Below, piece by piece: positions 19,101-32,241 of a stretch of 64,000 nucleotides of DNA. Where the stretch lies: assembly GCA_044892525.1 (NCBI GenBank), contig CM097885.1, positions 234,672,001-234,736,000 on the forward strand, read 5' to 3'. Under the pieces are notes generated by a model, which had not been told where the DNA came from, made no database searches, and worked only from the letters and a program-made list of their open reading frames with translations. The position numbers and the translations under genes were made by a program. Within the stretch, counting starts at the first letter, position 1; the number at the start of each line of letters is the position of its first letter. The DNA is from Schmidtea polychroa (Eukaryota).

Positions 19101-19461
19101 GAGTATGTTTGGAACAACTTGGGTTTGCGAATCTACTTTTTCAGCTGTAACTTTCATAAAATCAAAATACCGATCCAATATTAGTGATGAAAATTTGGAG
19201 GCAGAATTAAAATGTGCAGTTAGCGTGAGGTTTACACCAGATTTCAAGGGTATTGTGCAAGAAAAAAATTGCCAAGCATCACATTAAATAATTTTTGTAT
19301 TTTGTGTTTAATGTTATTAAAAAAACTTGTGTAATTCCTAAAATTGATTAAAATAAAAAACTATTATAAAACATTTTGTTTTAAATTTATTTTAATGTGG
19401 CGAATGAAAATTTCTAAATTGACGATTGTGGCTACAATCAAATTTCTGTTGGACACCGCTG
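19101..19461 (+). mobile_element. 3' end of a Buster/Charlie-type hAT remnant (the Polinton's target)
   Basis: hATC-like MFGTTWVCESTFS..IKSKYRS at 19105-19287. Right TIR TTGGACACCGCTG followed by TTCTAGAC. Confidence 0.8.
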
Positions 19462-20687
19462 TTCTAGACAATCTGATTCGAGATCCCTATTATGAATTAC
19501 ATCTAAAACAAAAACATTGGTATTAATATCTCTATTCATGTGGGCTTTATATATTAATAAAATGAGTTTATTTAAAGAAATATTCATATTTCGTGCAATA
19601 ATATTACATTTGAACAAAGATTCGAGATTTCCATTGAAAACTATTACGGAAAGTTTAAAATCCTGTCAAAATATCTCAATTTTTCGATGGGAGAGCTAAG
19701 AAACTTTACGAGGATTTTATTTCAGATTCTTCTTAGTTGAATCACGACGCTACTTTTTCATGAAGGATGTCTATATTAATTAAATCGCGTCCCTGTAAAA
19801 CATAAAAAGAGTATCAAAAAGCATTTTTTTCCTCTGATATTTATATATAATCTTGTCTGTTGTCAAAGAACACATCTTTTTCATGTAGGATGTCTCATCA
19901 AAATATTGATTTTTTTGAAATTAGGAGTATTTTTATTAATTATGTGTTTATGTTGCACTTCAAAATATTTTAATATAAATTTTAATTTTTCGACCTACTT
20001 ACAAAGTTAAAGTATTATAATGTCTATCTCATAAAATCTCTTTTCTCATGGATTAGACTAACTTCTCAAGGAAATAAGAAAAAGTCATGGTCAACAAGAT
20101 TATTCTACTCAATATTTGGAATATTTTTGCTAAAAGAATTTCTCAAAAAACAATAAAATTTCACAGAAACCTTGGCACTATTGCAGGTGACTTAAGAAAT
20201 CTTTATTTTTCATTAATTTGACATTGTTTTACTGAAAATTTAAAAATTCTTTGGTCACAAAAATTGTTGTTTTTTAATTTCTTGATATTTTAAAAAAGTT
20301 TTTTTTCAAAAAATATTCAAAGAATTTCCGTAAAAATATTTTCCCGTCAAAAAACTTTAAATCCCTCTCGACAAATTCCTCAAAGAGATTTGTAAAAGTT
20401 GTCGTCAAAAAAATGTTCTCCTAAATCTCTAATTTTACAAAATAAATTTTTGAAAAATTTCAAACCACTGTAGTGTGAAAAGAAAACACATAAAATTTGC
20501 ACTTATTATGCATTTCTTTACACCTTAGCACTTTTTAGAGCGTAAAAAATAATCCTCTTTGAAAGTGCCCTGACTAGTCAAAATTTGTTTTTATCAAATT
20601 TGGACCACGCATCGTATTAATATGCTCTTTCAGCAAAGTGAAGTTAATTTTGTATTATTTGCGTGATATGATTAAATAAGATCGTCT

Positions 20688-23600
20688 CAGGCCCGACGCT
20701 AGAGTATTTGGCGCCCTAGGCAAACTAAAAAAATGGCGCCTCTAGTCTAGAAACAAACCCAATAATTAAAGAAGTAAATGAAAATAAAATAACTATACTT
20801 CATTTATTTATTACACAAAAATATATATAAAAACAAAAACCATTTAAAATTTAATTTTTCGTGCTTTTAGTTTAGCGAAATCTTCAAGCAGCAACTTCGT
20901 ATCTATATCACGCGCCATTTCGTGTTCAATCGACAATATTGCTAATCCCACAAGCCGTTCTTGTGACATTGTAGATCTTATATATGTTTTGATCTGTTTA
21001 AGCTTCGAAAAGCTTCGTTCACCGCTTGCCACAGAAACTGGTAGGGTTAATAAAATTCGCAAAGCAACAAATATATTTGGAACGCTGTCCACTATATTAT
21101 TTTTACAAATATAATTAAGTACATCTTCCGGCAATAAGTTTTTTGGAATATGTCTAGCTATAAATATCAATTCGTTCAATAAATCTGTACCATCAATATC
21201 TTTAGAATCATCGTGCCGTAAAAAATTTTCCAGTTTAAGACAATCCTCTAATATTTTCTTTGACGAAATATATTGCAAATTATGTATGTTGTATAGAAAT
21301 CCAAATGTTGAATTTATCGTTGACATTTGGGTGAATCTTTGCTCAACAGATTTTAAAGCTCTATCCAAAACTGCGAAGTAAAAGCTGATCTTAAATTTTT
21401 CTTTTGGGTTCTGAATGGGCTCATCGTTGGCTTCATATTCGAACTGTTTTTTTTGTTTTCTGATACGCTGAGTTTGTTTAAAGATTGGGGAAATTTCTGA
21501 TTCTTCAGCAAGTTCTCGCGCATCTACCAATATTCTTTCAAAACCTTCATCATTTCGGGAGTTGAATAGGAATTTTTTGGTATCTTCTAGTAGCTTCATA
21601 GCATCTTGAATATTAATTTTCTCAGATTGAAGTTGTTTGCTTGTAATATTTATGTTGAAAAGAATATCATACCAGATAATAACAGAAACTACAAACTCGA
21701 AATTCGAAATAGCTTTAGCAAGGCCCTGTGCTTCTATACGTGAAGTATTACCAGAAACTCCTGTTTGAGAAGTATCTTGAAAAATATCAATAAGTGCAGC
21801 AATAACTTTACTTAGCTGATAGCGTAGAGGTTTAAGGGCATCGATTCGGCTCTCCCATCTTGTATCGCTCAATGGCTTCACTGTCAAGTTTGAAGCATGA
21901 CGTTTTAAAACTTCCCATCGACGTGTTGAAGCGGCAAAATAGACATATATTCGTTGCACTAACATAAAAAATGATGTAGCATCTAAACAACAGCTTACAG
22001 CGTCATTAACAACCAGATTCAAAGAATGCGCAGAACAAGGAACAAATAGTGCTCGTGGATTTAGATTCAGAATTCGCCGTTGCACGCCATTTTCTTTGCC
22101 TTTCATATTGCTACCATTATCGTATCCTTGGCCACGCAAGTTCTCAATAGGTAATGACATATCTGCTAACATCTGAACGATTTCATCGGTCATACCAGCA
22201 CCAGTTGTATCTGTTAGTTTCACAAATCCCAAAAAATGTTCTCTTATGCATATGGGATCTAAATCACAATTTTCTGTATTTGTATGGACAAAACGAATAA
22301 TCAACGTCATTTGTTCAGTATGGCTAACGTCTGGTGTGCAATCCAGGATTATTGAAAAATATTTAGCCATGGAAATCGATTTTAAAATTTTTGTTTTAAT
22401 ACTCTTAGATAAAAGTTGTATTAACTCATTCTGAATATCTTTTCCCAAATAATGAACTTGTGTTTCATTGTTCTTTATTCTGCGAAGATGCTCACCCATA
22501 ATTGGATCAAAAGAGGCCAAATATTCTACAAAGCTAAGGAAGTTTCCATTTCCAGGAGAATACAATTTTTCATTGCTTCCGCGAAATGCAATATTTTGCG
22601 TAGCAAGCACTTTAACTAGACCTATAAGACGCTCTAAGACTTGTTGCCAGTGTCTCTCTTCTTGTTTTATGAGACGCAAATTATCCTGGTCAATAGTTTT
22701 ATTCTTTTTTAAACGCAATTCTAGCTCCTTCCAAGTTTGAAAATTAATTAAATGATCCTTATTTTTCTCATGTCTTTCTAAAATTACAGACATATTTTTC
22801 CAATCGCTTGATCCTTTATCGGAGAGATGTATTACACGCTGGTTATTATTAAAAATTTTGCAACAAAAGCAGAAAGCCGAATTAGTTGTTTTGGAATACT
22901 GTAGCCAATGACGCCGCATTTCTTCTCCATTTGCAAGTCTCCTTCTATAAAAATTCATTGAAAATTTTCTATGGCTCTCATTTTGAGGAAAATCAAATTC
23001 TTCAATTTGTTCTGGTCCGTGTTCAACCAAAATTTGCCTCAAACGGCCAGAACGTAAGTCATGTGAATTTAACCAAGTTGCCGGATCACTATAATCAAGA
23101 CTCGAATTTACGCTTTCTAATATTTCCAAAGTTTCATTAATTAAAATTTCTTCAGTGTCTTCTATAGTTTCTAATACAATTTCTTCTATAGTTTCTTCCA
23201 CATTCGTATGTGGAAACTCAGTCAAAATAGGCACCTCTGCATTTCTAGTTGTAGAGTTCCTATCCATTTGCTCTTCCAAATTGCAGTATACTTGTTTTCT
23301 CGGAGTCATTTCATTTCGATTTTTATCTTGTGATTGTTGACGACAAATATATTTCAGAAAAGCACCTTCTTGCTTTTTTTCTTCATTTTTCTTTTCAGCT
23401 TTACGTTTTCTATTTTGTGCGCCAGATAATTTTTTTCTATCTGCCATTATGCTACCTCAAGTAAAAATTAATAGAATATAATAGATTTAATAATAGGTGT
23501 AGAAAAATCCAATATAAATTAAATTACTGTGTTGTATATATGTAAAAATTATACTGGAAGTACGACCGAAATTATATATACTTTAAATAAAAAAAATTTG

Positions 23601-23922
23601 AGCCCTGCACTAATTAAATTTTATTTTTTTTTTCACTTTCTGTTTATTTATTTTTTAACTTTTTTAACATTTACTTTAGTCTTTTAAAACTTTACTGCAT
23701 GTGACTTTATTCTTTTAAAATAAAACTAAAAATTATTGCGTAATTTAAAAAAATTTCAGAGTATGCTATATGCTAAATTTTTTTTAAAACCGCTTTTCAG
23801 TTAACTTTTTTGAACTTGCAAAATATTTTTTTAAATCGATTTTCCGTTGTATTTTTTTAAATTTTAAAAGAAATAAGTAATCGGTATCGGACTAAAACAA
23901 CGATGGAATTACATGTTTTACG

Positions 23923-23988
<66 letters not shown>

Positions 23989-24140
23989 CAAATTCATACA
24001 TATGTATATATCAATATAAAGATAGAAAGTTTACAAAATATTTAATTTACTTGATAAAAAAAGCAGAACTATTTGGCGCCCGCTTGTAAATCGGCGCCCT
24101 AGGCTGCTGCCGACGTCGCCTATGCCTAAAACCGGGCCTG
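20688..24140 (-). mobile_element. Intact hAT transposon (Tip100/ZMYM1-like group)
   Basis: CAGGCCCG...CGGGCCTG ends, perfect 8-bp TSD GATCGTCT, and subterminal GGCGCCCTAGGC at both ends. Confidence 0.95.
20844..23447 (-). CDS. hAT transposase, 867 aa (TTF-type zinc finger, DUF4371-like region, hATC)
   Basis: WLQYS...FCFCC, FSIILDCTPDVSH.EQ, GQGYDNGSNM, CSAHSLNL, TRW and PVSVASGERSFSKLK motifs. Confidence 0.95.
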   Translation of the reverse strand: MADRKKLSGAQNRKRKAEKKNEEKKQEGAFLKYICRQQSQDKNRNEMTPRKQVYCNLEEQMDRNSTTRNAEVPILTEFPHTNVEETIEEIVLETIEDTEEILINETLEILESVNSSLDYSDPATWLNSHDLRSGRLRQILVEHGPEQIEEFDFPQNESHRKFSMNFYRRRLANGEEMRRHWLQYSKTTNSAFCFCCKIFNNNQRVIHLSDKGSSDWKNMSVILERHEKNKDHLINFQTWKELELRLKKNKTIDQDNLRLIKQEERHWQQVLERLIGLVKVLATQNIAFRGSNEKLYSPGNGNFLSFVEYLASFDPIMGEHLRRIKNNETQVHYLGKDIQNELIQLLSKSIKTKILKSISMAKYFSIILDCTPDVSHTEQMTLIIRFVHTNTENCDLDPICIREHFLGFVKLTDTTGAGMTDEIVQMLADMSLPIENLRGQGYDNGSNMKGKENGVQRRILNLNPRALFVPCSAHSLNLVVNDAVSCCLDATSFFMLVQRIYVYFAASTRRWEVLKRHASNLTVKPLSDTRWESRIDALKPLRYQLSKVIAALIDIFQDTSQTGVSGNTSRIEAQGLAKAISNFEFVVSVIIWYDILFNINITSKQLQSEKINIQDAMKLLEDTKKFLFNSRNDEGFERILVDARELAEESEISPIFKQTQRIRKQKKQFEYEANDEPIQNPKEKFKISFYFAVLDRALKSVEQRFTQMSTINSTFGFLYNIHNLQYISSKKILEDCLKLENFLRHDDSKDIDGTDLLNELIFIARHIPKNLLPEDVLNYICKNNIVDSVPNIFVALRILLTLPVSVASGERSFSKLKQIKTYIRSTMSQERLVGLAILSIEHEMARDIDTKLLLEDFAKLKARKIKF

Positions 24141-26506
24141 GATCGTCTTAGTGACTATTGTTGGGTTTTTATTTGAAAGTCGGTTCTCTCTGACTCCTCG
24201 TATTCTTATTCAGCCAAAAAAATCAAATCCAACACAATAATTTTTATTTAATCTTTATCACAATTACACTTTGTTACTATTTGTACCGTTCTCTCCAATA
24301 ATTTTCATTCGATAAGGTAGAAAACCCAATGGGCAATCACTTTTTCTTGTACAAGTCTTACCTTGTTTGAATTACTATATTTCTCCTTCAAATTACTGAT
24401 CGCCGGATTTCTGCTTCTCTGCTTTCTTTTTCTCTCTTCGACCAAATGGCGGCTTGTTCACTTCTGAGCTCTCTTTTCATACTGTTTATGAGAGGCCAAT
24501 TATCTAGAAAATTTCGCTTAATTATTTCCCCCGGTATCCAAAATCAATATTTAAGAGTTTTTTGATTACTTTAATTTGTTTACACTTGATTATGGCTCAA
24601 AATATTCCTCCTTTTATCACTTTGCTCGGATCTCACTGCGCATTGGGTATCCTACAGCGGTCGGGTTTCCCATGGGCTCGGGTTTTCCATTACCGATTAA
24701 TTAATTTTAATTAATTTGTTTTTCCGCATGAACTTTCCCAGTGAACACCTTATTAAATTTTCATTATAATTTTTGAACTCGTCTATCAATTTGGCGTTCA
24801 ACCATACCCGATATGACAATATTGATTTTGTATTTTTAGTAAATTTTAATTAATTTTGCACTTTTATTGATTTTACCATTATTTGTTATGCTTTCCTTTT
24901 ATATATGAAATTTTTAGTTTTTGCGCTAACCCCAACACTATTGAACAAAATGAGATGAAAAATTATTTATAAGTTTTCCTCAGTCAAACCTACGGAAATG
25001 TAGGGAAAATAACATTTGAATCTCTAAAGGGACTTGTATCATCAATTTTAACAATTCTTTCATCTGCGTATTGTTGTGGTGCGTAAAAGACTCACAGCTG
25101 AAACTGGGTAAGTAATTATTTCTTTAAAAATAATAATTTAGTGACAAATACACCAATCACACCAACAAATAATAAAAATCATACGAATTAAAAATATGCA
25201 TAAATAAATATTTAGAACTATTTACTTTTATTTTGACAAATGATCAAAAATGAAATTCTAGACAACATAAATTTTCGTATTTGCCTTTATCGAGTGCTAC
25301 TAATGCAAAGATGCATTAAATTTGTAAACAAAATTATTATGTTTATCGTTCCTTGTCTAGAGTAGAGATAAATATATTTAATCTATCCAGATTTGTTTAT
25401 ACATATTTATGTGTTTTTCATATATTTAACAGTCCATTGATATAAAATTGAAATTTGATAATTGAACAAATGTCCATTTTCGATATTTATTTTAAATAAA
25501 TATATTTATTTATAAAAACTTTAATGAAAAATGTCGGAATTTGTCGATAAAGAACATTTCAGTGTGTTGAATTGGTAGTGAACTTTATCAATAAATTCTG
25601 AAATTTTTATTTAAATTATAATTTTTTCATTTGTTTAAAATGTGATAATTAATTGATAATTATTTTGCAATTACATAAAAAAAGAAATATTTATTTATTA
25701 CATGAAATGATTCTGTAAAATGTTAGTGAAGACTATTGATAAGTGTACCTTAAATTACAAATTAATTGTTTATCTGAAGTTATTTTTATACTTTGTTTAA
25801 TGATTCATAACAATTAATAAACAATAAAATTTTAAAAATTTCAATTCCTTGAGAAGTCTAGTTGTCACCAAAAAAAGGTTTGGGAAATAATTTTGTTAAT
25901 AATCGATTTGGGAGTAATATTAAAATTGTCCTGATTGATGTTGATGAAGATTAAAACAATAAAATTAATCATTTTGAAAAGTTTACTAAGGAATCCTCAC
26001 AATTATAGAAAAGCTATCGATATTCCACGAAATACACAAATATTTATTAAAACATTACGGAGAACATCTATTCTAGATATTGAATGGCACTGGCTGGTCT
26101 CAACGGTCAGAAAATAAATTCAACGAAGCGAAGTAATTTCATACTCCATTCAAAATGTATATATTAATGTAGACGATTAAATGATAAAAAGTCAATTGCG
26201 GTAAACGATATTAAAATTTGATCGCAATTTTTCTGCTTTACAATCTGTAGGCAGTAATGGAAATGATACGGAAATATCAGAGGGACTAATAAAGCGCCAC
26301 TCACAGAAATGACGATAAAACAAACAAATGCAAAGTGTGATAACGACTAATGACTGTCTGAAGTTAAAGGAAGAATACAAGAGGAATTTAGAAATGAGAT
26401 TTGGAAGAGATAAAAAGAGGAACCGAAGATTGGCGAAGCTTATTGTTCGTTTTCAGTCTCCTGATAAAAATGTTGGGATTTTAATAAAATATCTGTAGAA
26501 AATAGC

Positions 26507-26549
<43 letters not shown>

Positions 26550-26599
26550 TAATGAAACCCCAACAAATTAATTTCTTTATCAAATCAAAAATAAATAAA

Positions 26600-27080
26600 C
26601 ATCATCATCAATATTTTCTCCAACCATGATCGGTTGTCATCGTTGTTGGACAATGTGATTTTATCCTTTTTAATTGTACATAACTGGTGGTTCCGTGATC
26701 CTATTCTAGTCCGTGGTACTGAAAATATGTCATTGTTATTATAACAGTCTAAATATGACATGTGATCGCTCTCAGTTCCCACTAATTTAACACCTTTAGC
26801 TTTCATTATCTCTTTAGGATTCATTAATCTATAACATTTAGGTCTAAAGAAAACTCACTCAGTATATCCGAGACCTTTGCTCTCTTCCTTAATATTTCTA
26901 TGACAGACTCAAGATTTCACGAGTACAATGGAGGTATTTAGAGGGTTGTCTCGAATTATTGCCGGCAAAAGAGTGCCAAGATTACAATGCCTAACCTCAA
27001 GTAAAAATGAATCAGTGTCGCCGGAAACAATATTTATCTCACAATTAAATTCTGTTTTATATTTCGCCAATTCATGATAT
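26600..27080 (-). pseudogene. Degenerate Polinton pPolB fragment (motif C to C-terminus)
   Basis: ELAKYKTEFNCEINIVSGDTDSFLLEV and KAKGVKLVGTE..H.SYLDCYNN closely match PolB copy 2. Frameshifted. Confidence 0.88.
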
Positions 27081-27200
27081 TGTTGGTATTGTATCAAGTG
27101 GGCGAGTACTCGCAAAAAGTGAGCGCATTACTTGTTCTAAAATTTTCAAGCACCCATTCGGGTTCACGGACTACCGATAGGATGTTTATGTCTGATTTTC
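27081..27200 (-). repeat. Fragment of the 3' region of the large LTR-like family (reverse orientation)
   Basis: Reverse complement of 50170-50268; shared CTCGCAAAAAGTGAGCGCA and GGGTTCACGGACTACCG blocks. Confidence 0.75.
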
Positions 27201-27434
27201 TATTCAGGTCTCTATATATTCCTAGCGATTGAATGTCGTTCCATTTTTAGTAACCAAAACACAAAATACAAAATCAATTTTCCTTTATTCATCAATTTTC
27301 CTTTTGTCGCTATTCACACATTCCATTTCAGGTATATCCATTCACCTTCCCATTCATCTCTTCATACACCTGTACACACATATACATTTACGTACATATA
27401 CACATACTCGTACGCTTACCGAATTACCTGGGTC

Positions 27435-30368
27435 TAGTGCATTCAATACCGGTATACCGGTATCGGTACTACCGGTATTACCGGACTTTTTTCTGGTACC
27501 GAAATACCGGTATTGAGTTGGATCAATGCCGGTATTTCCGGTATAGGATATATAAAAAATATTTAAAATTGTTTCTCAATTTTACTTAAAAAATATTATA
27601 ATAATAAGGCATTGCTTTTTTAAACAAAAATAAATTAGACTTTCATAACTAAATTGACGAATGCAGGACTATTAATGGTTTTGCATGACTGTTTATGCAG
27701 AACTAAAAATTGTAAAATTCATGACCAATTACAATTTTTCCTGACTAAATTTATTGTTTCCTGACTATTTATTATTTAACTAGTATTTACAAAGACAAAT
27801 ATCTCTATTATATCTTCAGTACTCATGCAAAAACTTTATGCCTAATAGATTATTAAATCCCATTAACCAAATATTTCTAGTATGCGATGTGCTAGATTAA
27901 ATTATTTTATTGACCCGAAATTTCAGAAACCTACTTTTAAATTCAATAATAACAATAACGTTATATAATAATTCAGTAGTTAAATTGAAATCCGATTGAT
28001 ATTTATTCAAATAAATACGTCTACGTTAGTAAATTTGCATTTAAATAGTAAGTATTTAATTTATAAACATAGATTTGGGTACTTTAAATGAATTAGTTCG
28101 ATTTTATTTGCAGATTTTTGTTTTTGTTTGAAGACAACAAGAAATAGACAAAAAAAGTTTTATATTAATTTAATATCCAGAAACCCCCAAAATGTCCCAA
28201 AAAATATTCAAAGAGTTCAGCACCGGCGCACGAGTAGACGAAAATTCTGTGTGGTTTTATTTTCTGCGTGATAAAGAAAATCAACTTTCAAAGTGTAAGA
28301 AATGCGACAAAGAGATAAAATCACATGGTGGCAGTACCAGTGGACTCCATACACATCTAAGAACAAACCATGAAATTGACTTGCTAAAGAGAAAATCGAC
28401 CCAAGATGCAGCATCGTCATCGGCTTCGTTTTCATCGGCTCCGTTGTCATCGGCCAAAAAACCCAAACCTCTGATCACCGATTTCTTCCAAAATCAACAT
28501 GACAAGTCGTTGCCTGCAGTTCTTTCTAGAATGACCGCCCTTGACGGACTGCCCTTTAGCGTATTTGCCACATCGGCTGAACTGAGAACATCGCTAGGAG
28601 CTCGTGGGTTTATTGTTCCGAAATCGGCGGCGACAATTAGAAATATGGTAGTAAAATACGCAAACACAATCAGAGAGACGGTCATATCCAATTTCACTCG
28701 TCTCCGAACGCAAGGGATGCGATTCAGTTTGACATTTGATGAGTGGACGTCAATAAAAAATCGCAGATATTTAAATGTAAACGTTCACACCGAGGACGAA
28801 TTTTGGAGCCTTGGATTAGCTAGAGTTGTTGGTTCACTGCCTGCTGAAAAATGCATTGAGTTGGTTCAAAAAGTGTTGACGCAGTTTATGCTGAATTACG
28901 ATGAAGACATTGTGTGCATTACTACTGATGGAGCTTCCGTAATGCAAAAAGTGGGACGTTTAAGCAATTGTGATCAACAGTTTTGCATTGTGCATGGCAT
29001 TCAATTGGGTGTGCTAGACGTTTTGTACAAAAAACCGTCAACTTCTGCTAAAACAATCTTGAAAGGAATCTCGAATGACGAGAGAAGCAGAGAAAGTGAG
29101 GATGACGACGCAAACCTAACCAATGATGATGAAGAAGACTTTTCGGACGGGTTTCAAGTTGTGATGAGTGAGAAGGACGACACTATCCAACTGACTGATG
29201 AGTTGCAGCCGTTAATCGCTAAGGTGCGCACCGTTGTAAAATTGTTTCGCTGTTCACCGACAAAAAATGATAAAACGCTCGAAAAATACACAGTAGACGA
29301 ATTTGGTAAAGCTCTTCCACTAATATTCGATTCAAAAACTCGTTGGAGTAGCTTGCACACAATGGTCGCACGTTTCATGAAATTGAAAAATTGCATTCGC
29401 AAGTCGCTGATTGACCTTCAGTCCAAAATTGAGATAAGTGACAAGGAGTTCGACACAATTTCATCGGTTGTGGCATGTCTCGAGCCAGTGAAATTAGCCG
29501 TGGAAGCATTGTGTCGCGATGATGCAACACTGTTGTCAGCCGATACAACACTATTATTCATGGTAAATTACCTTGGAGACACGGAATTAGCTGTTAAATT
29601 GAAAGCTGCGTTGGTGCGACGAATAAATGAGCGACGGACACCTTTTTCTAGCTTGCTACACTATCTGCACAAGGGCCATCAACGATACGAGAATTTGGAT
29701 CCAGCGCTGTCTTTTGAGCAACTTAGCAAATCAGCCATTTTAAATGCCATAGTTCAACTGAATGAGCGGCTCAATCAGCGAGCAGACGAGCCTCTCCCTT
29801 CGACCAGCGTTTCATCTGATAGCGATTCTGTTGACAGCACTGCAAACTTGTCATTGAAAGAAAAGCTTGACATGGCAATTTTGAATGATAAAAAGTGTAA
29901 AAATAAGGTAAGATTGAACGTTTCGAAAGATTTATCAAAAACAATCCGCAAGGAGATTGCAATTTTCGAAGTAGAAGGAACTCGTGGAACATATTTGCAA
30001 AACACCTACGAATACTTGAAAACTATAAAGCCAGCAAGTGTCGAATCGGAGCGTGTATTTTCAGCAAGTGGCAACTTTGTCACCAAATTACGATCATCTC
30101 TTGAGGATGACACTCTGAATGCCCTTTGTTTCTTACGGGCATATTTTACAAAGGAGAAAAACAGCGCAAAATGAAAAAAATTGTTATTTTGATACAAAAT
30201 AAAAAAGTTTATTGAATCACTGTAAATTTTTACTATTTATTTGATATTTTAATCAAATTTTATTTTTTTCTAGTTTCAATACCGGTATTATACCGGTATT
30301 ACCGGTATTGAAATATTTCAATACCGCAATACCGGTATTAAAAAATCATACCGGTATTAAATGCACTA
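27435..30368 (+). mobile_element. Intact hAT transposon (Ac/ZBED-type)
   Basis: 21-bp TIR TAGTGCATT(C/T)AATACCGGTAT, perfect 8-bp TSD CCTGGGTC, and multiple subterminal ACCGGTAT repeats. Confidence 0.96.
28192..30174 (+). CDS. hAT transposase with BED finger, 660 aa
   Basis: VWFYF..CKKC..GSTSGLHTHL...H, FDEWTS, TTDGASVM, CIVH, TRWSS and SVESERVFS motifs. Confidence 0.95.
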   Translation: MSQKIFKEFSTGARVDENSVWFYFLRDKENQLSKCKKCDKEIKSHGGSTSGLHTHLRTNHEIDLLKRKSTQDAASSSASFSSAPLSSAKKPKPLITDFFQNQHDKSLPAVLSRMTALDGLPFSVFATSAELRTSLGARGFIVPKSAATIRNMVVKYANTIRETVISNFTRLRTQGMRFSLTFDEWTSIKNRRYLNVNVHTEDEFWSLGLARVVGSLPAEKCIELVQKVLTQFMLNYDEDIVCITTDGASVMQKVGRLSNCDQQFCIVHGIQLGVLDVLYKKPSTSAKTILKGISNDERSRESEDDDANLTNDDEEDFSDGFQVVMSEKDDTIQLTDELQPLIAKVRTVVKLFRCSPTKNDKTLEKYTVDEFGKALPLIFDSKTRWSSLHTMVARFMKLKNCIRKSLIDLQSKIEISDKEFDTISSVVACLEPVKLAVEALCRDDATLLSADTTLLFMVNYLGDTELAVKLKAALVRRINERRTPFSSLLHYLHKGHQRYENLDPALSFEQLSKSAILNAIVQLNERLNQRADEPLPSTSVSSDSDSVDSTANLSLKEKLDMAILNDKKCKNKVRLNVSKDLSKTIRKEIAIFEVEGTRGTYLQNTYEYLKTIKPASVESERVFSASGNFVTKLRSSLEDDTLNALCFLRAYFTKEKNSAK

Positions 30369-32241
30369 CCTGGGTCTATTCTATTCGGTTTTCATCAAAT
30401 TCAAACATACAACATATTCTTTTTAAATTTATTGCACTCTCGATCCCCGTTTTTATCAATTAGTTTTTAATTGCATAATTTGGTTTTTAATTGATCATCG
30501 ATCCTGATGAGGATTCGACATTAACTCCCTCTTAAATCAAAATTTATATTCATTATATCTCTAAATTTCAAACCTTCACTAGTATTATAATAACTCTAGG
30601 GCAATTATATAGCTAATCTAATATTCTAGTGAACTTAAAAATATTGCTGTATTTATTTTTAATGTTTGATTAATTTTATGCCTAAGTTTTAAATTTAATT
30701 TGCGACATTGCTAAATTTATTTGTATTAGAAATTGGTTTTTTGTTTTACTTCTCCAATTTTTATATATTTCATTAGATATATAGACGCAGTATATTTATA
30801 TATTTAAATTTAGGTATTTCTTTATTTCTATTTTTGTATAAGATCAGTTACTCTTTTGGCAAGTATTCGGACCAAGTTATATGCTTGAACTCCATACTTG
30901 CTTCAGTTGTGACTGCTCAAAGAGGCCAGATCGTCGATTTTAGGTGGATTTTCTGAACAACCACTTGAGATTGGCAGTTGGTAATTTTATTTATTTAATT
31001 TCTAAATGATCTATGCCTAGTTTTCTAAGCAGATTCCTAAAAGAAAGTAACTATTTTCTTTACCCAATTTCGATGGAATAAAGAATTTGCCGGGAGTCTC
31101 AAGTGAAGTTAAAAAGATTCAAATGTGTCCCATCAACGAAATTCAACGGTATGAAAAATTCAATCTCGATCTAAAATCGCTTTAAGGATATGTAAATATT
31201 TGTAGACTATTCAACAATTATTAGCTTTTAGATGGAATAGTCATTCAATGAATGCGTTGCAAATTGTGTAAACTGAAATTGTCTTTTTAATAAAATTAAA
31301 TTTTGTACTTCCTTTGAGTTTCTCATTTAAGGTGTTACATGAATTTGACTTTTTAATGAAAGGGAAATTTTGTACTTTCGTTGAGTTTGAGTGGGCGTCT
31401 ATCTACCTATATTTTTCGTTAGTGAATTTGAGCAATCGGTTCTTGTTCGTAAGGGTTGGCTGGGGGGCACATACCTCAGCAACTTCAAAGGCTGAAAAAG
31501 AGGGGTAGAGGTTGTATTTGGAGAATTGTGATTGGCTCATTATGTTTGTCAGTGTGTGAGGGATTATTATGGTTTGGTTCTATTGATGATGGACGGCTGA
31601 TGGAGGCGGTGTTTCTAGGAATAGATTTACTATGTTACCGCGACATCATTGGGTGGATGTGTGCTGCGTTTACTAATATTAGTAACCTGGGGAATCCGAA
31701 TAAATAAATTTGTTTTAAAATTTAAATAAAATAATTAAATTCATATTAATAATGTATAATAATTAATAACAATAAAATTAGGGGTTGCCCATTAAATGGA
31801 ATAATAATAATAGTAATTATAAGAATAATGTAGTAATAATAATGAAAATGACAATAATAATAAGCAATGATAATAATAACTACATTGATAATAATAAGGT
31901 GGTGATAATAATAATAATATTCATATTAATAATAATAATGATAATACTAATTGTTAGAAGCTATAACATTTAATTCTTCTGTCATCAAAATAAATTACTA
32001 AGACTATTAAATCCAAAATTATATTTCATTAAATCTGATTATATAAACAAATATTCTTGGGACATTTTCTAAATTTTAATTTCAACCAAATATCAACATA
32101 CCATCGCATTCATACTTGAATTTCAATTTTATTAAAAATTATTTTATTTTAAAATTTCAATTATCATTTCAATTTTAATATCTTAAAATAATTTAAGTTT
32201 CAATTAAAATTTTACAAATTTTAATCATGAACTAATTTAAT

